Both the position numbers and the translations under genes were made by a program. Below the pieces are notes generated by a model, which saw only the letters and a list, made by a program, of their open reading frames with translations, was not told the origin of the DNA and did no database searches. DNA of 64,000 bases from Candidatus Krumholzibacteriia bacterium (GTDB lineage: Bacteria; Krumholzibacteriota; Krumholzibacteriia; LZORAL124-64-63). The DNA lies in assembly GCA_046484865.1 (NCBI GenBank), contig JAWOID010000061.1:33491-97490 (forward strand), given 5' to 3'. This document shows positions 18,406-27,432 of the stretch, in pieces (the stretch's first letter is position 1; every line of letters begins with the position of its first letter).

Positions 18406-18546
18406 GGCGAGCGAGGGTGCAGAGGCGCTGCTGGGGGCGTTGAACCCAGGATCAAAGCTCGCACACCCCAGCGGCGGCGACGCGAGGTCGGGGAGGATGG
18501 CACACCCCCCGCGACCCCCAGCAGTGCCTCTGTGCCCTCGCTCGCC
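18406..18546. repeat. 32-bp imperfect inverted repeat with 77-nt spacer in an intergenic region
   Basis: The left arm 18406-18437 (ggcgagcgagggtgcagaggcgctgctggggg) and the reverse complement of the right arm 18515-18546 match at 29 of 32 positions. Confidence 0.85.
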
Positions 18547-18579
18547 CGGCACGGCCTCGCTCGACGGATTGCCCGCGCG

Positions 18580-19752
18580 TCAGCCGCGCCGCTGCGCGTG
18601 CCAGGCGGCGAGCACCTTCGCCTCGCGGTCCGGCGCCAGCCCGGCCCGCTTCGTCACGCCCGCGCGCCGCTCCTCGTCCAGCTCGTCGTACCACACGAGG
18701 GTGTCGCGGACGGTGACCGAGAGCGGCCGGAAGGTCAGGCCCGCGGCCACGGCGCGATCGATGCTGCGCTGCCCGAAGCCGGCGTACTCGCCCTCGGCCG
18801 GGATCCAGCACGGCATGTCGCGCCAGGCGCCCACACCCTGCTCTTCGAGGAACGCGGTGTCCGCCCAGACGAATCGCGCGTTCGACCCCGAGGCATCGCG
18901 GCACGTCTCGAGCAACCGGCGCATGGTGAGCGGATGGCGCGGATGCGGGCCGATGACGTTGAAGGTACCGGACGCGCGCCGCTCCATGCAGCGCACCTCG
19001 AACGACGCGAGGTCGCGGCCGTCGATGACCTGGATCCGGTCGTCTCCCGTACCGGGCGCCAGCACCTCGCCCCCGCGCCGCACGCGCACCGGCCAGTAGA
19101 CCCCGCGGAAGCTGAAATCGCGCGGGCCGACGATCAGGCCGGGGCGGAAGATGGTATGGCTGGCAGGGAAGATCGTCCGGATGCGCTGCTCGCACTCGGC
19201 CTTGAAGGCGCCGAAGAGGGCGTCGCTGTACTCGGCGTCCGGATCCTCGAGCCGCGCCACGGGCGTGTCCTCGTCCATGCCGATCCCCGAGTTGTCGGCA
19301 TACACCGACACCGACGAGACGTACTGGTAGTGGTCGACGCTGTCCTTCAGCAGGACCGCGGCGCGCTCGACGATCTGCGGGATGTGCGGCCAGATGTCGA
19401 TGCAAACGTCCCAGCGGCGCCCCGCCGCCACCTCGTCGGCCAGGGCCTTCAGACCGTCGTTCGCGTCGAGTGCACGGTCTCCGACGAGGCATTCCACGTC
19501 CGGGAACAGGTCCTCGGAGCGATTGCCGCGGTTGAACATCGTGACGGAGTGACCGCGGGAGAGCAGTTCCCGGATGAGGTGCGGACCGGTCTGGCCGGTG
19601 CCGCCCAGGATCAGCACCTTCAGGCGCCGGGAATTCCCGTCGGCCGCCCACAGGCCGCCGGGCAGAGGCGAGACGAGGCCGGCCACGCCCACGGCGGCGC
19701 CGGCGAGAGCTGCGGTCCGGAGGAAGTCGCGTCGCGAGGTATCCGTGGTCAT
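18580..19752 (-). CDS. Tat-signal NAD(P)-dependent epimerase/dehydratase (isoflavone reductase-like SDR)
   Basis: MTTDTSRRDFLRTAALAGAAVG twin-arginine signal; Rossmann motif VLILGGTGQTG; FNRG, SSVSVY, RPGLIVGP, IDGRDLA. RBS AGGAG. Confidence 0.88.
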   Translation of the reverse strand: MTTDTSRRDFLRTAALAGAAVGVAGLVSPLPGGLWAADGNSRRLKVLILGGTGQTGPHLIRELLSRGHSVTMFNRGNRSEDLFPDVECLVGDRALDANDGLKALADEVAAGRRWDVCIDIWPHIPQIVERAAVLLKDSVDHYQYVSSVSVYADNSGIGMDEDTPVARLEDPDAEYSDALFGAFKAECEQRIRTIFPASHTIFRPGLIVGPRDFSFRGVYWPVRVRRGGEVLAPGTGDDRIQVIDGRDLASFEVRCMERRASGTFNVIGPHPRHPLTMRRLLETCRDASGSNARFVWADTAFLEEQGVGAWRDMPCWIPAEGEYAGFGQRSIDRAVAAGLTFRPLSVTVRDTLVWYDELDEERRAGVTKRAGLAPDREAKVLAAWHAQRRG

Positions 19753-19974
19753 CTCGATCTCCTGCTGGTCGTGAGCGCGCCGCCCGCTCCGGCACGGTCG
19801 CCCGGTTCGCATTCGCCGATTCGCCGGCGTCGCGCTCCGGTGACGCCGGCTGAACCCGCCCCCTACGCGGTGCGGCGGCCGACTGTTGCGACCTCGCACG
19901 GCAGCCCGCTGGCGGCCGACACGATCCCGACCGAAACTCGGTACAGGGATCAGCTGCCCGCGAGGAGGAGAATC

Positions 19975-20466
19975 ATACCTGCTCGGCCGTCTCCAGGCGA
20001 CGAACTCCGTCGCCGACTCGTCTGGCTGCTCGAGGGCGGGGGTGCGCGCGCGCCCTTCGCGGACGCGGTGGCGGACCTCGCGCCCGGGTCGCAAGGCGTC
20101 CGTCCGCCCGGGGCCGATCACTCGCCCTGGGAACTGCTCGAGCACCTGCGTCTGACGCAGCTCGACATCCTCGAGTACAGCCGCGATCCCGGCGGCTACC
20201 ATCCCCGCGGCTGGCCCGACGACTACTGGCCCGCCGACCAGGCGCCGCCGGACCCGCAGGCGTGGGACGCCTCCTGCCGGCAGTTCGAGAGCGACCGCCG
20301 GGCGATGGTCGCACTGCTCGAGGATCCGCAGCGCGACCTGACGGCACCGCTGGCGCCGGGCAACGATCACACGCTGCTGCGCCAGGCCGTCCTGCTGGCG
20401 GACCATGACGCCTACCACCTGGGCCAGCTGGTCCTGGTGCGCAAGCTTTTGGGCGCGTGGGGTTGA
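19975..20466 (+). CDS. DinB-family four-helix protein; start codon uncertain (ATA after strong RBS)
   Basis: SPWELLEHLRLTQLDIL, WPDDYWP and TLLRQAVLLADHDAYHLGQLVLVRKLLG (His triad). This is the real 3' part of the track ORF 17386..20466. Confidence 0.82.
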   Translation: MPARPSPGDELRRRLVWLLEGGGARAPFADAVADLAPGSQGVRPPGADHSPWELLEHLRLTQLDILEYSRDPGGYHPRGWPDDYWPADQAPPDPQAWDASCRQFESDRRAMVALLEDPQRDLTAPLAPGNDHTLLRQAVLLADHDAYHLGQLVLVRKLLGAWG

Positions 20467-20611
20467 GCCTGCGTGGACACGACCCGGCGGTCGAAGTCTA
20501 TCGTTCCCCCCGGGCGCGCGACGGCCGCCGACTCCCGAGGGCCGGCGGGCGCCGTTGCCGCATCCTGGTCACCCCCCCGGGACCACGATGCGGATCGTGT
20601 TCGCTCGCGAG

Positions 20612-23020
20612 CTACTTGAGCAGCACCATCGAGCGCGCATCCGTCTCGCCGTTCACCTCCAGGCGGCACAGGTAGACGCCGGAGCCCGCCATCACCCCGC
20701 CATCGTCGCAGCCGTCCCAGACGGCCACGTGCTCGCCGGTTGCCATCTCGCCCGCCTGCAACGTGCGCACCAGCTCGCCGCGCACGTCGTAGATGCGCAG
20801 CGAACCTCGGCCGCCGCGCGGCACGACGAAGCGAATCTCGGTGCGCGGGTTGAACGGATTCGGCACGTTCTGCCGCAGCGCGACTCCGGCCCGCGGCACG
20901 CGGTCGATGGCCGTGATGGTGCAGATGTCGAACAGGTCCACCGCCAGCACCTGCGGGTTGCCCGCCGCGTCGTGGTTGTCGGGGTCGATGCTCTCGCTGC
21001 GGTTGGCGCTCGACAGGCACTCGTAGACGTCGTTCAGCAGGTACTTGTACTCGATGTTCTGCTGGCTCGTGTCGGGGAACACCACCGACACCGAGTAGAT
21101 GCCGTCGCCTGCCGTGGCGTCCGGGTAGACGCCGTCGTCGGCCAGCGTGTTGAGCGACGGGACGCTCCAGTCGAAGGTGGGCGGAACGGCGTGGTTGGGG
21201 GTGCCGTTCACCGCCAGCACGTCTCCCGGCTGCAGCGGATCGTAATTCACGTTCATCGCCACGCGGAAGATCACCTCCACCGGCCGCCAGATCGTGTTGC
21301 AGAAGTCGTACTTCACCACCGGCAGGGTGAGCGGGCCGAGCAATCCACCGGCCACGTCGTAGGCCTCGTCGTTGAGGAAGACCGAGCGGTCGCTCTGGCC
21401 GCTGCACTCGTACTCGCCGTCGAGCAGGAACTTGTAGGCCACGTTCTTCTTGCTGCCGGCCGGGAAGCGGAGACGCGTGGAGTGGATGCCGTCGCCCGCC
21501 ACCGCGTCGACTCCGGTCCCGTCGTCCACGAGCAGGTTCGCCGACGGCACGACGAAGCTCAGCGGCGAGGTGTCGCCGTTGATCGCCACCACGCCGCCCG
21601 GCGTCCAGCTGGTGAGATTCATGTCGACGAAGAAGTCGACGTCGATGTCGTGCTGGGTGAAGGCGCTCGGGTCCTCGTCGTTCCACCACACGTCGAGCAC
21701 GTCGGACGCGCCGTTCGCCAGCGTCAGCAGGTGTTCGCGGTTGCTTGCCAGCGGCTCCCAGGTGGTGCAGTTGTGGGCGAGCTTCCACTGGAGCGTCCGT
21801 TCAGCCGTTCCCGCTCCGCAATCGCCGTTGACCAGGAACACGGTTCCGTACTCCCAGATGTCGTCGGTGCCGGTATCGACCATCATCCCGCTGTCGCAGA
21901 GCGGGTCGAACGTCAGCGGCGCGATGTTCCCCTCGACGGAGAACTGGTCGGGGGGCGAGCTGCTGTTCTGCAGGTAGGGGCCGAAGCGGCCACGGAACAG
22001 GACGTGCTTGAGCATGAAGCAGGCCCGGTCGCCGGACCCGGCGACGATGGTGTTGCCCGCAACGTCCTTCACGCCGGCGACGGTCAGCTGCCACAGGCTC
22101 GCGCTCTCGGTCAGCGGCGCGCTCAGGGTCAGGTGCACGATGTTCGGAGAGCCGGCATCGCGCACCGCGCCGGTGACGGTGACCCCGCCGCTGGTGCCGC
22201 CGCTCACGACGTAGTTGCCCGGCACCTGGGCGGTCGTCGCATCCACCGGTTCGTTGAAGTGGATGTCGAACAGCGTGCCGACGGGGAAGCTCGTGGGCTG
22301 CACCTCGGTGACCCGGGGCGGATCCTGATCGGCCGCCGCGAGGACCGTGTACGCCAGGTACTCCGACAGCGGGATCGGTGAGGGCGTATCCCACAGCGTG
22401 AAGTCGACGGTGGAGAGCTGGCTGGCATCGCCGGCGACCGCATCGAGCGGGCCCTTCGTGTCCGCGTCCTGCGTCACCCAGGCCTCGATGTTCAGCGGCG
22501 AGCCCGCGCTCACGCCCAGGGTGCTCAACAGCACGGCCAGTTCGTCGAAGCCGGTGGACGTGGTCCAGCCCAGGGCTCCGATGCCCGCGGTGCCGACTCC
22601 CGCCCACTCGGTGCCGGTCCAGCGGTAGGCGGCCTGCCAGTTGTTGTCGAGGTTGACGTAGAACATGAAGTCGGGCTTGTACGCAGCCGTGCTCCACTCG
22701 ATCGCCCGACCCCAGGGGTCGGCGGTGCCGCCAGCCGCGGTGAAGACGTCGATGGCGACGCCCAGCTGCACCTGACCCCAGCCGCCGAGTTCGTGTTCGA
22801 AGCCGATGAAGAGGTTCACGGCGTCGTTGGTGACGTAGACGTTGCCGATGTCGATGTTCGGGAACTGGGTGTCCCCGCCATCGGCATCGAGGAGATTGCC
22901 CGGCAGGAAATCGTTCACGCCGTCGATCACGATCGTCTGCGGCGTCTGAGACCAGGCCGGAAAGGCGATCAGCGCCAGCAGGGCCGTCGCGATCAGTGCT
23001 CTCGGAATCATCGGACGCAT
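20612..23020 (-). CDS. Secreted multidomain putative carbohydrate-binding protein (DOMON/CBM9-like, Ig-like, CBM20-like/choice-of-anchor-X-like modules) with FlgD-Ig CTD
   Basis: RBS GAGGAGG; signal MRPMIPRALIATALLALIAFPAWS; two DDG...D..AGDGI.S motifs each followed by YK[FY]LL...YEC; CTD QNVPNPFNPRTEIRF. No catalytic motif recognised. Confidence 0.75.
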   Translation of the reverse strand: MRPMIPRALIATALLALIAFPAWSQTPQTIVIDGVNDFLPGNLLDADGGDTQFPNIDIGNVYVTNDAVNLFIGFEHELGGWGQVQLGVAIDVFTAAGGTADPWGRAIEWSTAAYKPDFMFYVNLDNNWQAAYRWTGTEWAGVGTAGIGALGWTTSTGFDELAVLLSTLGVSAGSPLNIEAWVTQDADTKGPLDAVAGDASQLSTVDFTLWDTPSPIPLSEYLAYTVLAAADQDPPRVTEVQPTSFPVGTLFDIHFNEPVDATTAQVPGNYVVSGGTSGGVTVTGAVRDAGSPNIVHLTLSAPLTESASLWQLTVAGVKDVAGNTIVAGSGDRACFMLKHVLFRGRFGPYLQNSSSPPDQFSVEGNIAPLTFDPLCDSGMMVDTGTDDIWEYGTVFLVNGDCGAGTAERTLQWKLAHNCTTWEPLASNREHLLTLANGASDVLDVWWNDEDPSAFTQHDIDVDFFVDMNLTSWTPGGVVAINGDTSPLSFVVPSANLLVDDGTGVDAVAGDGIHSTRLRFPAGSKKNVAYKFLLDGEYECSGQSDRSVFLNDEAYDVAGGLLGPLTLPVVKYDFCNTIWRPVEVIFRVAMNVNYDPLQPGDVLAVNGTPNHAVPPTFDWSVPSLNTLADDGVYPDATAGDGIYSVSVVFPDTSQQNIEYKYLLNDVYECLSSANRSESIDPDNHDAAGNPQVLAVDLFDICTITAIDRVPRAGVALRQNVPNPFNPRTEIRFVVPRGGRGSLRIYDVRGELVRTLQAGEMATGEHVAVWDGCDDGGVMAGSGVYLCRLEVNGETDARSMVLLK

Positions 23021-23036
23021 GGACTTCCTCCTCGTG

Positions 23037-26000
23037 TCACTTGACAAGTGCCAGCGCGCGCGTACGCGCCTCGCCGCCGACTCGCAGGCGGCACAGGTAC
23101 GTACCCGCGGCCAGGGCCCTGCCGGCATCGTCACGGCCCCGCCACACGAACTCGTGCCGCCCGGGCGGCAAGGGCTCGTCGACGAGCGTGGCGATGCGGT
23201 GGCCGCGCAGATCGAAGATCGCCAGGTGGACCGGCTCGGTGAGGTCACCCGGCAGCTCGAACGCGATGGTGGTCGCCGGATTGAACGGGTTCGGCCGCGC
23301 CGGCAACAGGCGCAGCCCGGAACGCGCCGCCGGCACGGCCGCGTCGACGCCCAGAGGATCGGGAAGGCCGTCGCCGTTCCCATCCACCGTCAAGGTCCAG
23401 ACCGTGTCGATCGTGGGCAGGACTGCGGCGGCGTTGCTGGGAGCCGAGTCGCCGCCCAGCGATCCCTGGGGCTCGGGATCCCAGCACAGGGACGCCACCA
23501 GCGCGATCTGCGCACCGGCCGGCACCCGCCCGTCGCCCAGGCCGTAGAGAGTGTGCCAGGGAATCGCCAGTTCGCTGCCGCCGGCGTCCCCATGGGCATG
23601 GAAGGAGTCGAAGGCCGAGATCAGCTCGCCCGAGCGGTCCAGGGTGGCGGTGGGCGACAGGATCTGCCACAGCCCGTCGCCATCGTACACCGACTGGTGC
23701 TGGTAGCAGCCGTACTGGAAGTCCGCCGCGAATCCGGCGGCCGTGAACACCGTCCCGCGCTCCCAGGAGTCGATCGCCGAGAGGTCGGTCTGGCCGTGGC
23801 CCGAGCCGGGGTCGACGTCCAGGTAGAGCAGCCACGAGTTCTTGGTGACGATCCCGTCCACCGCCAGATAGAGGTAGGTGCTGTCCCACCCCGCATGAAG
23901 TCCGTCGATCTCGTTGGCGGCGGTCCACGCGGAATCGTTCGAATCGTCGAGGGCGTGAGCGAACCCCCACTCGCCGGGCTCGAGGCGGCCGTCCACGGCG
24001 ATGCGGGTGCTGACCACCGCCACCGCCACCGAATCGGCCGCGTCGACCGCCGGGCCGGGCACGCCGCCGACGTCGGTGGCGGCGCCCGCCGCGACGAGCA
24101 GGCGCAGGTCGCCGGGGGGCAGGGCCGCGATCGCGTCGCTGGTCGCCTGGTCGAGCAGGAACGTGAGCACGAAGGCGGCGGCGGTCTCGGCCACCGGCGT
24201 GGCCGGCGGCAGGGCGACCTCGGCCACGTCGTCGGCGTCGGCGTCGACGCCGAACCCGGCCGCCGAGATGCCGGCCGGAGCAGCGGTCTGATCGAAGGTG
24301 ACCCGCAGCCGGCGCGCCCCGGCGTTGAACTCGGCCGCCACGGCGCCCGGGCCGATGGTGTCGACCAGCGCGTCGGCGAGGGCCCGCAGCTCGACGATCT
24401 CGCCGTCCGGGCCGGGCGCGGCCGTGGCGCCTGCGAACAGCCGCAGCTGCAGGGTGCCGCTGCCCTGGACCTCGTCGCCCTTCATGAGAGTGCCCGAGAA
24501 GTCGCGCTGGTGGGCGAAGCCGCCGTCGCCCACGATCCAGGCGGCCGTGACGCCCGTGTTCGGGTTGCGCTGCCCCATGTAGGCGGCGTCCGGCGCCCAG
24601 ACCCGCTGCAGTTCGGCGTTCCAGACCAGGTCGACCAGCGACGGCGAGAAGCCCGCCTGCACCCAGTGGGTGGCCGGCCCCACGCGGTAGATCGCGTCCA
24701 GGAACCGGTCGCCCGGCGCGAGCACGATCTCCTTCGCCACCTCGGCGCGCGTGAAGCGCACCCGCGCCCGCGGGGCGCCGCCGGGGGTTCCCGCCTCGAG
24801 GATCTCGACCGCGTACGGGTCGTGCTGGTAGTTCGGGCTGACGTCGCTGAAGGCGCCCACGTGGTTGTCGTCGTTGTAGTCGGCCTCGGTCCCGCTCCAG
24901 TAGGCGTTGTCGACCCCGATCGCGGTGTCGTCCAGGCCCGCCCCGCGCACGAACAGGTGCGTGCAGCGGCCGCCGGTGGTCTCGAACACCGCGAGCAGGT
25001 TCTCGTTGTGAACGACACATTCCTGGTAGCCGTCGTTGTCGACGTCCGCGAGATACGCGGCACAGCTCGCGAGGTACTCGCCCGCCGCCCAGTGCGCCGC
25101 CTCCGCGAAGATCGACGCGTTCTTGATGTGCGCGCTGTACTTGTGCTGCCAGCCGGAGATCGGCCCGCCCATGGAGTCGTGCCAGCCGGTCTCGTGCAGG
25201 TTGGTCATCAGCACGTACCAGCCCGCCTGCGAGACGTTGTTGTCGGGCGCCGCCATGAGCGCGGCGAAGGCGTCGTTCCAGAGCGTGCCGTAGTCCTTGC
25301 AGTTGCCGCCGCCGGCGCAGCCGCCGCTGCCGTCGCCTCCGTTGGCGCCGGGGATCCAGCCCGCCCAGTGCGTGTACCAGCCGTTGTCCCCGCCGCCGTA
25401 TCCACCGGTGCCGCCGATCTCGACGTACGTCCCCGGGGCGGGCGAGAACGTGTCGCCGGTGAAGTCGGGGTTGCCGAGCGCGTCGGCGAGCTTCCAGGTG
25501 TGCAGCCACGCGCTCTCGTCGTGGCACTTCTGCACGAACCAGTCGTAGGTCTCCTTGGCGAACGGGGTGACATCGGCCCACATGCCGATCTCCGCGGGCG
25601 CCTCCCAGTCCTCCGCGAACACCGCGATGCGGTACTGCCCCACGCCGGAGCCGGCGAGCCCGGTCAGGATGTCCAGCGCCCCCTGCCCGTTGCCGCCGAT
25701 GATGTTGCCGGTGAACTGGCGGTCGCGCGGGATCAGCCGCAGGCCGTTCGCCGCCAGCGTGTGGATCTGGTGGTTGTCGTGGCCGGCCAGGTGGACGTCG
25801 TCGTCGAGGATCACGCCCCAGATGCCGTGCGGCTGCCAGTCGTCGCCGATCCAGTCGCTCACGCCCGCGGACGGGTAGCCGCTCGTGTTCAGCCACACGC
25901 GCTCCGGGACCCAGGCCACGCGCGGCGTGTCGCCGTAGCGCGACGCGGTCATGGCAGCGTGGATCGATACCGACCAGTCGTTCATCGCGTCCTGGACGAA

Positions 26001-27005
26001 CGGCATGATGTGCTGCCCGTAGGCCGACGCCACCATGCCGGCCCAGCCGGCGCTCACGCCGGTCGCGAGCCAGGCGTTGAAATCGAGCGGATCGCCGTTG
26101 TTCGCCGACCACTCGGCCGCCGACTGCAGCGTGCCCGAGAGGTGGAAGTTGCCGGGCACGCCGGTCGCCTGGTGGATCTGCAGCGCCTCGTCGAACCCGG
26201 AGCCGTCGAGGGCGTCGGGGCGCCCGTGGAACACGTCGGTGTAGCCGAGCCCCTGGTTGCCGTGCAGGACGAGCGCGCAGTGCGCCTCGTAGGCCTTGTC
26301 GGGGGGGTAGGTGGCCTCGATGCGGTCGGCAATGCGGCTAGTTGAGCCGTCTGGGCCTTCGGTCGCGGTGGCGGCGTCCGGGTCGCCGGCGCTGCCGATC
26401 GCCGCGAGCACGGACGTGGTCACGACCACGCGCAGGGGGGCGTCGGCGCGGGCGTCGTCCACCCAGGCGGCGGGCAGGGCCAGGCGGAAGGCGTCGGGGT
26501 CGCCGGGTAGCGCGGGGTCGCTGCCGAGCGCCTTCAGCGCCGCTGCATCGCCGTCGGCGCGGCGGATCGTGAACCGGTCGCCGTCACGCGCGAGTTCCAG
26601 CCGCGCCAGGGTCGCGAGGCGCCCTGCGGCGGCCTCGGGCCCCGCCTCGGCTGCCGCCTCGGCGCCGGCGGCGGCCCCCGCGGCGGCCCCGGCGGCGGCC
26701 TCCACCCGCAGTTCCACCACGGCGGGGACCTCGGACGCCGTAGCCGCGGCGGCGACGGGGGCCGTCACGTCGAGCGCGAGCAAGGAGACGCGCAGTTGCG
26801 GCCCCGCGGGCGTGTGGTGGAGGGTGAGCGCCAGCAGGTCCGCGGCGGCGGGTGTGTCCGGCTCACCGACACGATCCACGGCCAGGACGGTCACTGGCTC
26901 GCTCTCCGGTGTCTCGGCGGCTGCCGCTGGACCGGCGATCAGGGCGACGAGGCCGAGAAGTGCGGAGAATGGCAGAAACTGGAGAAAAGGGCAACGCGAC
27001 GACAT
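23037..27005 (-). CDS. Secreted GH57-like glycoside hydrolase with C-terminal DOMON-like module and FlgD-Ig CTD
   Basis: Signal peptide; GH57-like regions LHGNQG, NFHLSGTL, AYGQHIMPF, nucleophile motif AWVPERVW and acid/base motif FAEDWE; ADVDNDGYQE opens a 4-alpha-glucanotransferase-like C-domain; CTD RPNPFNPATTIAF. Confidence 0.75.
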   Translation of the reverse strand: MSSRCPFLQFLPFSALLGLVALIAGPAAAAETPESEPVTVLAVDRVGEPDTPAAADLLALTLHHTPAGPQLRVSLLALDVTAPVAAAATASEVPAVVELRVEAAAGAAAGAAAGAEAAAEAGPEAAAGRLATLARLELARDGDRFTIRRADGDAAALKALGSDPALPGDPDAFRLALPAAWVDDARADAPLRVVVTTSVLAAIGSAGDPDAATATEGPDGSTSRIADRIEATYPPDKAYEAHCALVLHGNQGLGYTDVFHGRPDALDGSGFDEALQIHQATGVPGNFHLSGTLQSAAEWSANNGDPLDFNAWLATGVSAGWAGMVASAYGQHIMPFVQDAMNDWSVSIHAAMTASRYGDTPRVAWVPERVWLNTSGYPSAGVSDWIGDDWQPHGIWGVILDDDVHLAGHDNHQIHTLAANGLRLIPRDRQFTGNIIGGNGQGALDILTGLAGSGVGQYRIAVFAEDWEAPAEIGMWADVTPFAKETYDWFVQKCHDESAWLHTWKLADALGNPDFTGDTFSPAPGTYVEIGGTGGYGGGDNGWYTHWAGWIPGANGGDGSGGCAGGGNCKDYGTLWNDAFAALMAAPDNNVSQAGWYVLMTNLHETGWHDSMGGPISGWQHKYSAHIKNASIFAEAAHWAAGEYLASCAAYLADVDNDGYQECVVHNENLLAVFETTGGRCTHLFVRGAGLDDTAIGVDNAYWSGTEADYNDDNHVGAFSDVSPNYQHDPYAVEILEAGTPGGAPRARVRFTRAEVAKEIVLAPGDRFLDAIYRVGPATHWVQAGFSPSLVDLVWNAELQRVWAPDAAYMGQRNPNTGVTAAWIVGDGGFAHQRDFSGTLMKGDEVQGSGTLQLRLFAGATAAPGPDGEIVELRALADALVDTIGPGAVAAEFNAGARRLRVTFDQTAAPAGISAAGFGVDADADDVAEVALPPATPVAETAAAFVLTFLLDQATSDAIAALPPGDLRLLVAAGAATDVGGVPGPAVDAADSVAVAVVSTRIAVDGRLEPGEWGFAHALDDSNDSAWTAANEIDGLHAGWDSTYLYLAVDGIVTKNSWLLYLDVDPGSGHGQTDLSAIDSWERGTVFTAAGFAADFQYGCYQHQSVYDGDGLWQILSPTATLDRSGELISAFDSFHAHGDAGGSELAIPWHTLYGLGDGRVPAGAQIALVASLCWDPEPQGSLGGDSAPSNAAAVLPTIDTVWTLTVDGNGDGLPDPLGVDAAVPAARSGLRLLPARPNPFNPATTIAFELPGDLTEPVHLAIFDLRGHRIATLVDEPLPPGRHEFVWRGRDDAGRALAAGTYLCRLRVGGEARTRALALVK

Positions 27006-27050
27006 CGGGGCGACCTCGCAGGTGTTCGAGAGCATCGTTGCGCGCCCCCG

Positions 27051-27059
27051 ACTATATCA
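27051..27059 (-). promoter_or_regulatory. Extended -10 element (TGnTATAGT) upstream of the GH57-like gene
   Basis: The minus strand reads TGATATAGT about 45 bp upstream of the start. No clear -35. Confidence 0.4.
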
Positions 27060-27247
27060 CAAACCGCGAGCTGTCTTGCGGGGATTGTGGCTGCGAAGTT
27101 CGTGGGTAGCGGGCTGTTGCGGAGACACACGCAAAGGTGGCGATAAGCGGTGGTACGGTGGGAGTCCCCCCGGATCGCGATCATGGCCAGACCGCTCGTC
27201 CTGGCCTCGGTCGAGACCGCCGTTCGCGAGGGGCGCACGCCGTCGAG

Positions 27248-27291
27248 CGATCCTCCGCCCCACCCCACCTTCTAACCCCTTGACGCTCCCC
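27248..27291. repeat. Direct repeat copy 1 (displaced duplicate of the malG 3' end)
   Basis: 27248-27274 cgatcctccgccccaccccaccttcta is identical to 30224-30250. It continues with 14/16 identity after a 1-nt insertion and reads AGSVKG on the minus strand. Confidence 0.9.
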
Positions 27292-27432
27292 GCCGCGCGT
27301 CGTTCCCCGCAGGGGAGGTCGCCGGCCTCGGAAGAACCTGCCATCGATCCATGGCTTTCGTGATATACTCCGAACACCTCGCCCCGATCGCTCGCCCTCG
27401 CATGTGGATCACGCCTGCCCTGGGAGGCCGCC

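Noticed and set aside
18438..18490. Resemblance of TTGAACC...GCGGCGGC to the 3' part of 6S RNA
   Set aside because: Only short words match. The motif sits inside the loop of a different hairpin, and I could not build the 6S rod-and-bubble fold. An Rfam scan would settle it.
17386..20466. 1026-aa ORF ending in a DinB domain
   Set aside because: Only the last ~163 codons are protein-like. The rest is antisense to the lyase and epimerase genes, so this is not a real fusion.
26620..26705. Ala/Gly-rich microrepeat (AAAGAAAGAAAGAEAAAEAG) in the GH57-like protein, and a similar one at ~62165-62200
   Set aside because: Ordinary low-complexity linkers in GC-rich genes.
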